34,472 nt of DNA from Candidatus Thorarchaeota archaeon (GTDB lineage Archaea; Asgardarchaeota; Thorarchaeia; Thorarchaeales; Thorarchaeaceae), in the NCBI GenBank assembly GCA_016839605.1, contig JAEOTX010000043.1, positions 1-34,472 of the forward strand, read 5' to 3'. The notes under the pieces are model-generated. The model worked only from the letters and a program-made list of their open reading frames with translations. It was not told the DNA's origin and searched no databases. Both the position numbers and the translations under genes were made by a program. Positions 7,688 through 16,811 of this stretch are shown here, piece by piece (positions within the stretch are counted from its first letter, which is position 1; the number at the start of each line of letters is the position of its first letter).

Positions 7688-9757
7688 TCATTCGTTCTTA
7701 GCTGATGCAGGAATCTCTTCCTCTTTCTGTTCGTCTTCTTGTCCATAGAGGTCTTCCGTTTTCGCCTTCAGAGACTTTCTGAAATCGGAGAACTCCATGG
7801 CACTCAATGGCAGCAACGCCATTATCATCAGAAAAGTGCCAAGCCAGACAAAAGACACTAGTGGAAGAATCTTCGCTGAAAGGTCAACGGTATAGGTATC
7901 TGGTCCAAGCTGGTTGAAAGTCCGAATTGATACGAACACATCTCGTAGGGCGGAACTCTGCACGTATACATCCTGTGTCACTTGTTGCCATTGCGGATTC
8001 CCTTTGATTACTATGACCCCAAGCCAAGCAGAACTTCCTTCCGTCACTTGTACTAAAACACGCAGTTCGAAGTCATATTGATTCACCCAATGAATCAGAG
8101 ATATCTCGGCTACTCCGACAACAATGCCTGAATCGCCCAGTTCCGCGGAGTCCCCATTCAGATATGTGTTGGTCTGATCGATAACCACATTCTCACTAGA
8201 AAAGACTCCAAGCAACAGAACCAAGAGACCTAGATGGAGCATAAGACGTCCCATACGTCTCATTGTAAAGGCACCACTCTCTCTTCCTGCAATGGTCCTG
8301 GCGAACGCCACCACGAGGTATGCCACTCCAAAAACAGCAGCAGGAATCAATGCATTAGCTGGCCAGTAATGTGTCGGTAGCGCTTGGCCAGTGGTGACAG
8401 TCAGTATCGCAAGGACACCACCAACTCCAAGGAGGACTAGAACCAGAATCGACTTCAGTTTAGCCCGCAGAATCGTGCTCCTCATGCAATAAAATGCCGA
8501 TACAACTAGGAGCAAAGACCCTGCATAGAAACCAGCTCGAAAGAACTCAATTCCTATAGATACCATGCTTTCGGTGAAACCAACTGGGTCGATGATTGCT
8601 TGAACAAGATTGAGCGCCGCGGGAAGGACAACACCCGAGACTGAGGTTGTTAGAACAACGAGAATTCCAATCAGTGCAATCTTGATTGAGAAATCCCTGA
8701 GATTCGATAGCGCGAAGAATTTCCAGCCTTCATCATCCTCATCGTCAGACATGTCTACATATCCTGCACGAACTGTTAGCACAGTCGCCAATACGAAGTT
8801 GAACAGCACAGTAACAAGCATTGTCCAGCTGACAAGAGTAATGGAGAATCCGTGTACTGAGTTTAGAACTCCGCTTCTAGTAACCCATGTTGCATATATC
8901 ACGGTCACATATGCAAAGACCAGAAACGAGTCCCTAAGGACATCATTGTTCCTGAAAATAGCCTTTGCATGGAAATAAGCGGTGAGAAGCAACCAAGGCA
9001 CGAGCGAAGTCGTTTCCACAGGATCCCATGCCCAGTACCCACCCCATCCAAGGACAATGTACGCCCAGTAGGCTCCAATAGCTATACCCAGCGAAAGAAT
9101 GAGCCAGGATGCGACTGTCATGAACCGAGTCAGGGACTCCAATATGGGAATTGGTTCGGCATTGCGTTCCTCTGAACGTACAGTAAAGCCAGCAAGCTTG
9201 ACTGAGAATGGAATCACTGCAATGGCATATGCTATGAACACAATTGGTGGATGTATGACGTTCCAAATCGTGCTCAGTAGAGGATTTAGCCCAAGTCCAT
9301 CAGGAGGCAATGCACCGAGGTGCGGCCTGAAAGGATTAGATGCCAACGCATTGGCAGCAATCAAGATTGTCTGCAATGCAAGAATTACTGCGCCTCTATA
9401 GACTATTGTGTCCTCCTCATATCCTCGAACTGCTATTCTGTAAGTCATCAATAGAAGAAATGAGATGGCAGTCCAAAAGATCAACGAGCCTGATTGTCCC
9501 GCCCAGAGTGAAGACACCTTGAGCCACCAGGGCGCAGTCGAATTCGTTGTAAGAAACACGTATTCGTACCCAAACTGGTTCCCAAAGATAAGGGCACCCA
9601 TATACACGACTGAGCCTAACGCTGCCAGTGTGCCTATGGAGATCATCATCATTGAGATAGTATCATAGTTGCTAATTCTAGGTCCCAAAAGCAGGATGGC
9701 CATGTCGATAATTCCAGCGCCAACTGCTACTATTAGTAAAATTGTTCCAATGTCCAT
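7688..9757 (-). CDS. ccmF: cytochrome c synthetase (heme lyase) CcmF
   Basis: LWAGQSGSL, GLNPLL, IHPP, WWD motif WAYIVLGWGGYWAWDPVE, AYFH, TRSG...SVH.F, LHLG, P.VSFVWLG; all four canonical His positions present. Confidence 0.95.
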   Translation of the reverse strand: MDIGTILLIVAVGAGIIDMAILLLGPRISNYDTISMMMISIGTLAALGSVVYMGALIFGNQFGYEYVFLTTNSTAPWWLKVSSLWAGQSGSLIFWTAISFLLLMTYRIAVRGYEEDTIVYRGAVILALQTILIAANALASNPFRPHLGALPPDGLGLNPLLSTIWNVIHPPIVFIAYAIAVIPFSVKLAGFTVRSEERNAEPIPILESLTRFMTVASWLILSLGIAIGAYWAYIVLGWGGYWAWDPVETTSLVPWLLLTAYFHAKAIFRNNDVLRDSFLVFAYVTVIYATWVTRSGVLNSVHGFSITLVSWTMLVTVLFNFVLATVLTVRAGYVDMSDDEDDEGWKFFALSNLRDFSIKIALIGILVVLTTSVSGVVLPAALNLVQAIIDPVGFTESMVSIGIEFFRAGFYAGSLLLVVSAFYCMRSTILRAKLKSILVLVLLGVGGVLAILTVTTGQALPTHYWPANALIPAAVFGVAYLVVAFARTIAGRESGAFTMRRMGRLMLHLGLLVLLLGVFSSENVVIDQTNTYLNGDSAELGDSGIVVGVAEISLIHWVNQYDFELRVLVQVTEGSSAWLGVIVIKGNPQWQQVTQDVYVQSSALRDVFVSIRTFNQLGPDTYTVDLSAKILPLVSFVWLGTFLMIMALLPLSAMEFSDFRKSLKAKTEDLYGQEDEQKEEEIPASAKNE

Positions 9758-9774
9758 GTTGTCTCTCTCCTTTT

Positions 9775-11961
9775 CTAGCCGCTTCTCGTAGATCTTTTCC
9801 GCCTAGGTCTCTTCTTTGTAGACCTCTTGCGAGCTTCTTTCTTGAGCTCCCGTTGTGTGCTCATTGCATTCTGGCGCCGAATCCTAGCAATCCCATAACC
9901 GAGACCAGGAGCAGCTACTAATCCAATTGCAGCTAGAGTCTGCCAAGTCAACAACGGATTTGTGAATATTGGAGCTCCAAGTATCGTGAGACGGTAGAAG
10001 GCACTCTCAGCCTGATTTCCTGATTCATCCTCTGCAAGGCAATAGTAAGAAATCACATCACCAGCAGCAAATTGACCCAAGTATATCTGCCAGACTAAAT
10101 ACTGCTCATCAACATCCACAGCACTCATGTTTGAAGGAGTATAGTCACCATTATTCACTTTCCAGTACATCTTGAAGTATTCAAGATGGCTGTGCGTGGG
10201 GAATTCATATGTTCCAAATTCGATGACCACATCGTCACCTTCCCTCACTGCATCTGTTGGATATACTGCTCTGAGAAGCACAACAGGTGCCCAAATGTCC
10301 TCTCTAACCTCAAAATAGTAGTTCCCGGCTACAAATGATTTTCCAAGAGTATCATTTGCAATCACTACAAAGTTGACCCCTGTGCCGTCTGGGAGTTCAT
10401 CAATAGTCGTGTTAAATACGCCTCCAAATTCAGCATTTGGCTCAAGCTCAACCTGAGAAGAGTTCTCTGGATCAGCCCCCGATAGGGTATAGTTCACCAT
10501 TACTCGATCGATACCATCTTCATCCAGTGCCGTGGCCATCAACGTAATCTTATCGTTAGGTCGGGGATTAGTTGGGCTAACACGAACATATGACACAATT
10601 GGAAGACCAAAGCCCCACACTTTCTCAAGAGCAAGTACTCCAAGAGCTTGTACTCCAGTGTAATGGTTCCTCCAGTCATCTGTCCATACATCGCTTGCCT
10701 CATCTCCGTTTGTGAAGAAACCGCCACCAGCTTGGTCCCAGAGTTTGGCCAATACGATGTCGAGAGTGTCAATGACAAGCTGAATGTAGAAGGTATTGCC
10801 GGTGGCTACATACAGTAGCTCCTGAGCCCTTACCATCTGAAACTGAATCTCTGAGTACTTGTATCTCTCCGTGTCTTCAAAGCCTAGTGGTGCATAGGGT
10901 ACACCATCCAGGACCTCGACGTACCAGCCACCGTACTGAGTGTCCCAGTTATTGAAGAGTAAGGCTTTGTGAGTGTCTTCTGCCCAATCAAGGTAGGTTG
11001 AGTTGCCCGTGACATTATATCCCTTGAGAAGAGCACGGATGGCCATTGCATTGAGATCTGTAATTACAATTCTAGCAGGCCGTTCAGTTGAAGGTACTAT
11101 GGGGACTCCACCCGTACTATTGGTCGCAAGTCTAAAGCCCTGATGGACGGTGTCATTGTAAACCGGCATATACTCAATCATAAAGGAGAGACTACTATCA
11201 GCCATTGCTATCAGTGTAGAATTCGAAGTTCGTATACCTTCGTCATAGAGAGCGATGGCTCCTAAGGCCAGATGGTCCAGTCGCTTTCCATCATTTGGAT
11301 AGACCTCATAAGCATCACCTTCATCATCCAGTGTACAGTTTGGATATGTCATGAAACGTAGTCCTCCATTAGCACTATCGTATAATACATCAGTCAGACA
11401 CGTCATAGCTTTCTGTTTCATTTCAGTGAAATCCAGAGTATCGTTCACACTTTCTGCAATGGACAATGCCTCATATGCATAGGCTTGCACTCCTGCACGT
11501 TTTGATTGCGCCAGCAAATTGTCAGGATGATACAGGTTTACATAGAAGCCTGGATGATGAGGATCTGCAAACCCGTTTATCATTGATTCAGCAGCACGAG
11601 TGATCATTATGGAAAGGGTCTCATTTCCAGTGATATCGTAGATTCGTGCCATTCCCGCAATAGCCCAATAGTAGTCTGCTACAGAGGGAGCCCAACCAAA
11701 TTCAGGACCCCAGGTGGGAAATCCGTAATGCCAAACTATCCCATTTCTGTAGAGAACTAGTTTGTCCGAGAGTACTGCTCCTGTTGCCAATGCAAATTCA
11801 TAGTATGAGCTGACGTTATACTGCTCATTCTCCTCTTGAGCAACAGACAGCGTCTCCACTAATAGATCAGGAACCCGTGTCGAGTCCAGGGGTTCCACGG
11901 TTCCGCTGCCCATTGTCACAAGAGCGACTAGTATCATGGTTACAATGATTTTTTTGTTCAT
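9775..11961 (-). CDS. secreted, C-terminally anchored protein with (alpha/alpha)6-barrel (YyaL/AGE/GH76-like) and two Ig-like domains
   Basis: Signal peptide MNKKIIVTMILVAL; barrel repeats (D...GG(L/W/F), 'NAMAIRALL..Y..TGN..YLDWAE'); two beta-rich repeats; TM helix plus very basic tail. ATG 11961 follows AAGGAG. Confidence 0.7.
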   Translation of the reverse strand: MNKKIIVTMILVALVTMGSGTVEPLDSTRVPDLLVETLSVAQEENEQYNVSSYYEFALATGAVLSDKLVLYRNGIVWHYGFPTWGPEFGWAPSVADYYWAIAGMARIYDITGNETLSIMITRAAESMINGFADPHHPGFYVNLYHPDNLLAQSKRAGVQAYAYEALSIAESVNDTLDFTEMKQKAMTCLTDVLYDSANGGLRFMTYPNCTLDDEGDAYEVYPNDGKRLDHLALGAIALYDEGIRTSNSTLIAMADSSLSFMIEYMPVYNDTVHQGFRLATNSTGGVPIVPSTERPARIVITDLNAMAIRALLKGYNVTGNSTYLDWAEDTHKALLFNNWDTQYGGWYVEVLDGVPYAPLGFEDTERYKYSEIQFQMVRAQELLYVATGNTFYIQLVIDTLDIVLAKLWDQAGGGFFTNGDEASDVWTDDWRNHYTGVQALGVLALEKVWGFGLPIVSYVRVSPTNPRPNDKITLMATALDEDGIDRVMVNYTLSGADPENSSQVELEPNAEFGGVFNTTIDELPDGTGVNFVVIANDTLGKSFVAGNYYFEVREDIWAPVVLLRAVYPTDAVREGDDVVIEFGTYEFPTHSHLEYFKMYWKVNNGDYTPSNMSAVDVDEQYLVWQIYLGQFAAGDVISYYCLAEDESGNQAESAFYRLTILGAPIFTNPLLTWQTLAAIGLVAAPGLGYGIARIRRQNAMSTQRELKKEARKRSTKKRPRRKRSTRSG

Positions 11962-12070
11962 CTGAAGGATTTCTCCTTGACAAATTCTCGGCTCCTTGTG
12001 GAGACCGTTTAAAGCTGCCGAAGCAACCTTGTTCAAAACTCAATGCCATACTATACGTTGAGAACTCACG

Positions 12071-12115
12071 GGGAAAAATAAAGGAGGGAACGGATGCAAA
12101 GCATCCGAGTCTCCC
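12071..12115 (-). terminator. terminator-like hairpin after multiheme cytochrome gene
   Basis: cggatgc-aaa-gcatccg (12091-12107), with ctttattttt downstream on the minus strand. Confidence 0.6.
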
Positions 12116-12146
12116 ATGAGTTTTTTTCCAACCTTGTTCGCCCATT

Positions 12147-13655
12147 CTAGCGGCGTCTGCCAACTAGAATACCTAGGACCAAACCAACGACGATACCGCC
12201 AACGCTGCCCCCAATCAAGAGAAGTGTGTCACCAGCCGGTGGTGGTGGTGTACCAGTCACAGTGTTTGTGACTGTCACAGTGACAGTGACCGTTGGGCCA
12301 GTGTCCGTGTTCTCATAGAAGTAGGCTTTAGCATCAACTAGATCTACGAAGGCTGCATTGAGCTCTTCAAAGATCATGTGAGGATAGTGGAAGCCCATTG
12401 ATCTGTCAGCCTCGTAGAGGTGAACAACGTCCTCGACCTCTTCAATGATATCGGCAACGTGGTTCGCGACAGCGTGATCGGCTCCTTCAGTAGCGTTGTA
12501 GGCATCAATTATTGCCTGTAGAGCAGTGGCCTCGGTGTGAATCTCATGAGTGAGTGCCTCAAAGGCATCCTCAATCATTTCGAGTTGTCCAAGTGCCCAT
12601 TCTTCTGCTCCTTCCGCATCATGGCATTCCTCCTGACCACAAGCGATGTCAGGCTTGACAACGAATGTGTGGTTCATGAATGGATCGCCACTCGCAACGG
12701 TAAGGTCATATCCATGACAGTCAGTGCATTCAACGCCAGCCAAGTTGTGTGGACCACCAAGCCAGACGGTGTACATCGGATGATGATCACCTACGTGGCA
12801 GACACCACAAAGCTCGGTTGCGTTCACTGCCCTGATGTAGGCAGGTGAACCGTCCTCCACCCAGCTCGAGTGAACTGCGTGACATGCCGGACATGAGATC
12901 GAGGTGTATGGACCATCTACTGGAAATGCTCCAGAGCTCAATCTCGTACCGTTTACAGCGGGGGATGATGTGGCTAGTTCGCCAGGGTTCTGATGCTCGA
13001 TAAAGGCCTCAGTGGCTTGGCAGTGCATACAATATGTCGCTGCGTGGTCACTAGACCTTAGATCGGTCAAAGAATTAGCATGTACGGATCTGTTCCAAAC
13101 GCCAAACTGCTGTGGATGATCGCTCAGAAGGTCACCAGAGTGGCAAGTTGTACCACAGGTGGCACCTGAGTAGTCGACCCACTCAGCAGCACTGATGTTG
13201 TGACATGAGAAACAGTTCACACCAAGGAAATCGTAAGATCCATCCGTAGCGTTGTAACCGGTTGTGTGACATTCTACACAGTACGTGTCATTGAATAGGT
13301 TGTCTTGCCCAACTGTATTGTTGTAGGCATTGAATCCCATTTCAATTTCACCTATAACTATGTGACCGCTTGTCGCGTTCCACCAAGCCGCTGTGGCGTG
13401 GCCTGTCATTGACCAATTACCGTACCTGTCTCCATGACATGGAGCTGCTCCATCACAGCTTGCGGGGTCATCGCCCCAGCCGGGCTGTGCTAGCAGAGCC
13501 TCATGCGTATCCCTGTCGGACGTACCAACCAAAGTGATTGGTATGCCGGATCCCGTTGGTCCTAGGAGAATAGCGAACCCAATCAAACAGAGGAAGAGGT
13601 AATAACCTGCAACCATTCGCTTGTTGACTTCTGGAACCTCTTTATAATATACCAT
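12147..13655 (-). CDS. surface-anchored multiheme (up to 9) c-type cytochrome, NrfA/HAO/OcwA-like fold
   Basis: Five CxxCH motifs plus CX5CH, CX3CH, CX4CH and CxxCQ; C-terminal helical bundle with 'DRSMGFHYP'; N-terminal hydrophobic signal; Thr/Val linker, TM helix and RRR. Start uncertain (13655 or 13616). Confidence 0.92.
   Translation of the reverse strand: MVYYKEVPEVNKRMVAGYYLFLCLIGFAILLGPTGSGIPITLVGTSDRDTHEALLAQPGWGDDPASCDGAAPCHGDRYGNWSMTGHATAAWWNATSGHIVIGEIEMGFNAYNNTVGQDNLFNDTYCVECHTTGYNATDGSYDFLGVNCFSCHNISAAEWVDYSGATCGTTCHSGDLLSDHPQQFGVWNRSVHANSLTDLRSSDHAATYCMHCQATEAFIEHQNPGELATSSPAVNGTRLSSGAFPVDGPYTSISCPACHAVHSSWVEDGSPAYIRAVNATELCGVCHVGDHHPMYTVWLGGPHNLAGVECTDCHGYDLTVASGDPFMNHTFVVKPDIACGQEECHDAEGAEEWALGQLEMIEDAFEALTHEIHTEATALQAIIDAYNATEGADHAVANHVADIIEEVEDVVHLYEADRSMGFHYPHMIFEELNAAFVDLVDAKAYFYENTDTGPTVTVTVTVTNTVTGTPPPPAGDTLLLIGGSVGGIVVGLVLGILVGRRR
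13641..13648 (-). promoter_or_regulatory. TATA-like box for cytochrome gene (would favour a leaderless start at 13616)
   Basis: TTATAAA on the minus strand about 25 nt upstream of ATG 13616. Confidence 0.35.
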
Positions 13656-14053
13656 ATTTGAGATTCTCCATTCTCCATGGATTATTGTAACTTCGAACAC
13701 GTCTAGCATAAAAAGTTGTTCGTTATCGAAGATATAGTGAAGTCGATTTTATTACGAATTGTAATTCATTTAGAATGTATACAGTATGTAATGAAAACAA
13801 TCCGATAGCAAAGTTATCGAAATCAGAATATCTCATCCGTTTAAGTATTGGAACTTTGATTTCATCCTTACAAGTTATAGCCATTGATATGTGTCGATGT
13901 CAACATTGACGCGAGCCGATGACAAATCAGCGTGAAATCAGTATCATCTCATGAGCAGAGAATCATATATCCATCAATGATTCGAACCAGGTCTGTGCAG
14001 CGGTGCCGTTATTAGTCAGAAGCTGAGAATGAATTCTGCAGTAGGGACGCGAA

Positions 14054-16654
14054 GTGAAGAAGCTCACACCTATGCAAAGGCAATACATCGAGCTCAAGAA
14101 GCAGTATCCAGATTGCATATTGCTCTTCAGACTGGGCGACTTCTATGAGATGTTCAACGAGGATGCAAAGGTAGCAAGCAGAGACCTTGACATAGTCTTG
14201 ACATCCAGGGGCGAAGGTGTTGGAAAATGGCCAATGTGCGGAGTCCCTTATCATGCAGTTGATGGCTATGTTGCTAAGCTCTTGGCATTGGGTCACACTG
14301 TTGCCATCGCAGATCAGGTGGAGGACGCATCCCAGGCAAAGGGCCTAGTGAAAAGAGACGTGGTTCGTGTAATGACTCCTGGCACAGTTCTAGAGACTGG
14401 ACTACTGGAAGATGCCGCCAACAATTACCTACTCGCAATTATCGAAGACTCGGAAACTGTAGGCATGGCAGCAGTTGATGTGTCCACAGGGGAGTTTATT
14501 GCCACTGAGTTTGGTGGGACATACCTGAGTGAGAGCACCCTTAATGAACTCGGCCGAATCAAGCCTTCAGAGATATTGCTTCCCGATTCTACTTCGAAGA
14601 ATCAAGGGATGCGTACAGTTCTTGAAGAGTTTGGGATACGGTTGACATATCGGAGCGATATGGACTTCTCAGCGAGAGATGCTGAACAAAGACTCAAGGA
14701 TCAATTTGGAGTCACCACAATAGATGGCTATGGATTAGGGGACAAGGAAGTTGCTCTTGGTGCAGCGGGGGCTGTCATGGCGTACCTCCAAGATGTGCAC
14801 AAGGCGAATGCTGTGACGCTGACAGGAGTCAAGACTTACACAATCGATTCTCACATGATAGTAGACAGTACCACTCAGAGGAACCTAGAGCTCATCCGTA
14901 ACGCCAGGGATGGTACCCCGCGCGGGACTCTCTTGAGTGTCCTGTCCAAGACCATCACTCCAATGGGCAAACGAAAACTCAAGCAGTGGATTCTCCAGCC
15001 ACTTACTGATATTCCCTTGATTGAGGGAAGACTAGATGCGGTTGATGAGCTTGCGAGAACTGCCCTCACTCGAAAAGCTGTTTCAGACAGTCTCAGGAAT
15101 CTTGGAGACCTGGAGAGAATCACCAGTAGGATAGTGTTTGGGGTCGCAGGTGCAAGAGACCTTCTTGGACTCAGAATCGCACTTGAGAAATTGCCCAAGA
15201 TACGAAAGACGCTTGCTGAGTGCAAAGCTGAACTGCTCAAGTCATCTGCCAGTTCTATTGACCCATTAAAGGAATTGACAAAGACACTGAAGACATCAAT
15301 TGTGGACGACCCGCCAGTGAGCGTCCGAGAAGGAGGAATGATTCGAGAGTGCTTCAATGAAGAGCTAGACGGTATGAAAGGATCAATATCCTCTGATAAG
15401 AAATGGATAGCATCGCTACAGGCGAGAGAAAGAAGAAGGACTGGCATCAAGACACTCAAGGTCGGATACAACAAGGTCTTTGGTTATTACATAGAGGTGA
15501 CCAAGGCTAATCTCAAGATGGTCCCTGGTGACTATGACAGGAAACAGACTCTGACGAACGCAGAGAGGTACATCACTCCCGAGCTCAAAGAGAAAGAAGC
15601 TGCTGTCCTTGCTGGAGAAGACAAGATCAACGCTCTCGAATTCGAAATCTATGAGAAGCTTCGAGATCAAGTGAAAGATGCGATTGACGTACTCCGGACT
15701 GACTCAGAAGCAATTGCGACTGCTGATGTCCTATCATCATTAGCGGAGGTCGCAGTGAACAGGAGATACACTAGGCCTATGCTGACAGAGGGAACGAGGA
15801 TAAAAATCGTTGAGGGCAGACATCCGTCGCTTGAGATGATACTGGGTGCCAACGAGTTCGTTCCAAACAACGTGGAGATTGGTGATGGGGGCAGCTCACT
15901 CATTATCGTAACAGGCCCCAACATGGCAGGCAAGAGCACATTCATGCGACAATGCGCTTTGATAGTTCTTCTCGCACAGATGGGTTCCTTTGTGCCTGCG
16001 AAGTCTGCTGAGATAGGATTGGTGGACAGGATATTCACGAGAGTTGGAGCATTCGATGACCTTACAGCTAGACAATCGACATTCATGGTAGAAATGATTG
16101 AAACAGCTAACATTCTGAACAATGCAACTGAGAAGAGCTTGGTGATTCTAGATGAGATTGGTAGGGGCACATCCACTTATGATGGAATGGCCCTTGCGTG
16201 GGCGGTGGCAGAACGAATAGTGCAGATGAAGTCACGGGCTATGTTCGCCACCCATTTCCATCAGTTGACGGAGATGGCAAGTACCCACCATGGGGTCAAG
16301 AATGTCCATACACTAGCTAGAGAGTCAGGTGACACCATTGTGTTCCTCCACAAGGTAGTGGATGGAGGAACCGACAAGAGTTACGGCGTACAAGTGGCCG
16401 CTCTGGCTGGGGTTCCAGATGAGGTTGTGAAGCGAGCACGATCAATGTTGGCCAGGTTGGAGAAGGAGAGTTCAATCGATTTCGGCGATGGTGGGGAATC
16501 CTATGAACCGGTTCAGACAAGTCTCGAAGCGCTCACTATAGACGATCCTATTGTTGAGCGATTAAGACACCTTGACCTTGAACGAACAACACCTCTGAAT
16601 GCGCTGGTTAAACTGAAGGAGCTGCAGGACGAGGTTCGGTCAAGAGAAGATTGA
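14054..16654 (+). CDS. mutS: DNA mismatch repair protein MutS (MutS1)
   Basis: TPM..QY...K, GDFYEMF, PMCGVPYH, GPNMAGKST, STFMVEM, ILDEIGRGTST, FATHFH, SYGVQVA.LAG. Confidence 0.98.
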   Translation: MKKLTPMQRQYIELKKQYPDCILLFRLGDFYEMFNEDAKVASRDLDIVLTSRGEGVGKWPMCGVPYHAVDGYVAKLLALGHTVAIADQVEDASQAKGLVKRDVVRVMTPGTVLETGLLEDAANNYLLAIIEDSETVGMAAVDVSTGEFIATEFGGTYLSESTLNELGRIKPSEILLPDSTSKNQGMRTVLEEFGIRLTYRSDMDFSARDAEQRLKDQFGVTTIDGYGLGDKEVALGAAGAVMAYLQDVHKANAVTLTGVKTYTIDSHMIVDSTTQRNLELIRNARDGTPRGTLLSVLSKTITPMGKRKLKQWILQPLTDIPLIEGRLDAVDELARTALTRKAVSDSLRNLGDLERITSRIVFGVAGARDLLGLRIALEKLPKIRKTLAECKAELLKSSASSIDPLKELTKTLKTSIVDDPPVSVREGGMIRECFNEELDGMKGSISSDKKWIASLQARERRRTGIKTLKVGYNKVFGYYIEVTKANLKMVPGDYDRKQTLTNAERYITPELKEKEAAVLAGEDKINALEFEIYEKLRDQVKDAIDVLRTDSEAIATADVLSSLAEVAVNRRYTRPMLTEGTRIKIVEGRHPSLEMILGANEFVPNNVEIGDGGSSLIIVTGPNMAGKSTFMRQCALIVLLAQMGSFVPAKSAEIGLVDRIFTRVGAFDDLTARQSTFMVEMIETANILNNATEKSLVILDEIGRGTSTYDGMALAWAVAERIVQMKSRAMFATHFHQLTEMASTHHGVKNVHTLARESGDTIVFLHKVVDGGTDKSYGVQVAALAGVPDEVVKRARSMLARLEKESSIDFGDGGESYEPVQTSLEALTIDDPIVERLRHLDLERTTPLNALVKLKELQDEVRSRED

Positions 16655-16749
16655 CCTGTATAGCAAATCAAATCTACGCAATCGCTTGCGCTGGTCCGTT
16701 AGATTATATTATCAAGTGAGAAAATAGCTCAAGCGTGGTCAATGTTTCT

Positions 16750-16798
16750 TGACTTGCTGGTCAAGGTTGATAGAATAATATGCACCCTTGCCAAGTCA
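16750..16798. promoter_or_regulatory. imperfect inverted repeat (candidate operator) upstream of ArsR regulator
   Basis: tgacttg..caaggttg [AT-rich core] cacccttg.caagtca. Confidence 0.4.
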
Positions 16799-16811
16799 TA
16801 CGTGATGATAA

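Noticed and set aside
12236-12295. gtgaca/gtcaca and ggt short tandem repeats
   Set aside because: They encode the TVTVTV/PPPP linker of the cytochrome; not a CRISPR or an independent repeat.
12147-13655. Assigning nrfA or hao as gene symbol
   Set aside because: No CxxCK, no NrfA catalytic Tyr/KxQH segment, and heme number and anchor differ; only the fold is supported.
14875-16176. Long antisense ORFs (199 and 169 aa) inside mutS, and similar shadows in mutL, permeases and amidohydrolase
   Set aside because: Antisense shadows of well-conserved genes with Ser/Ile-rich composition and no motifs.
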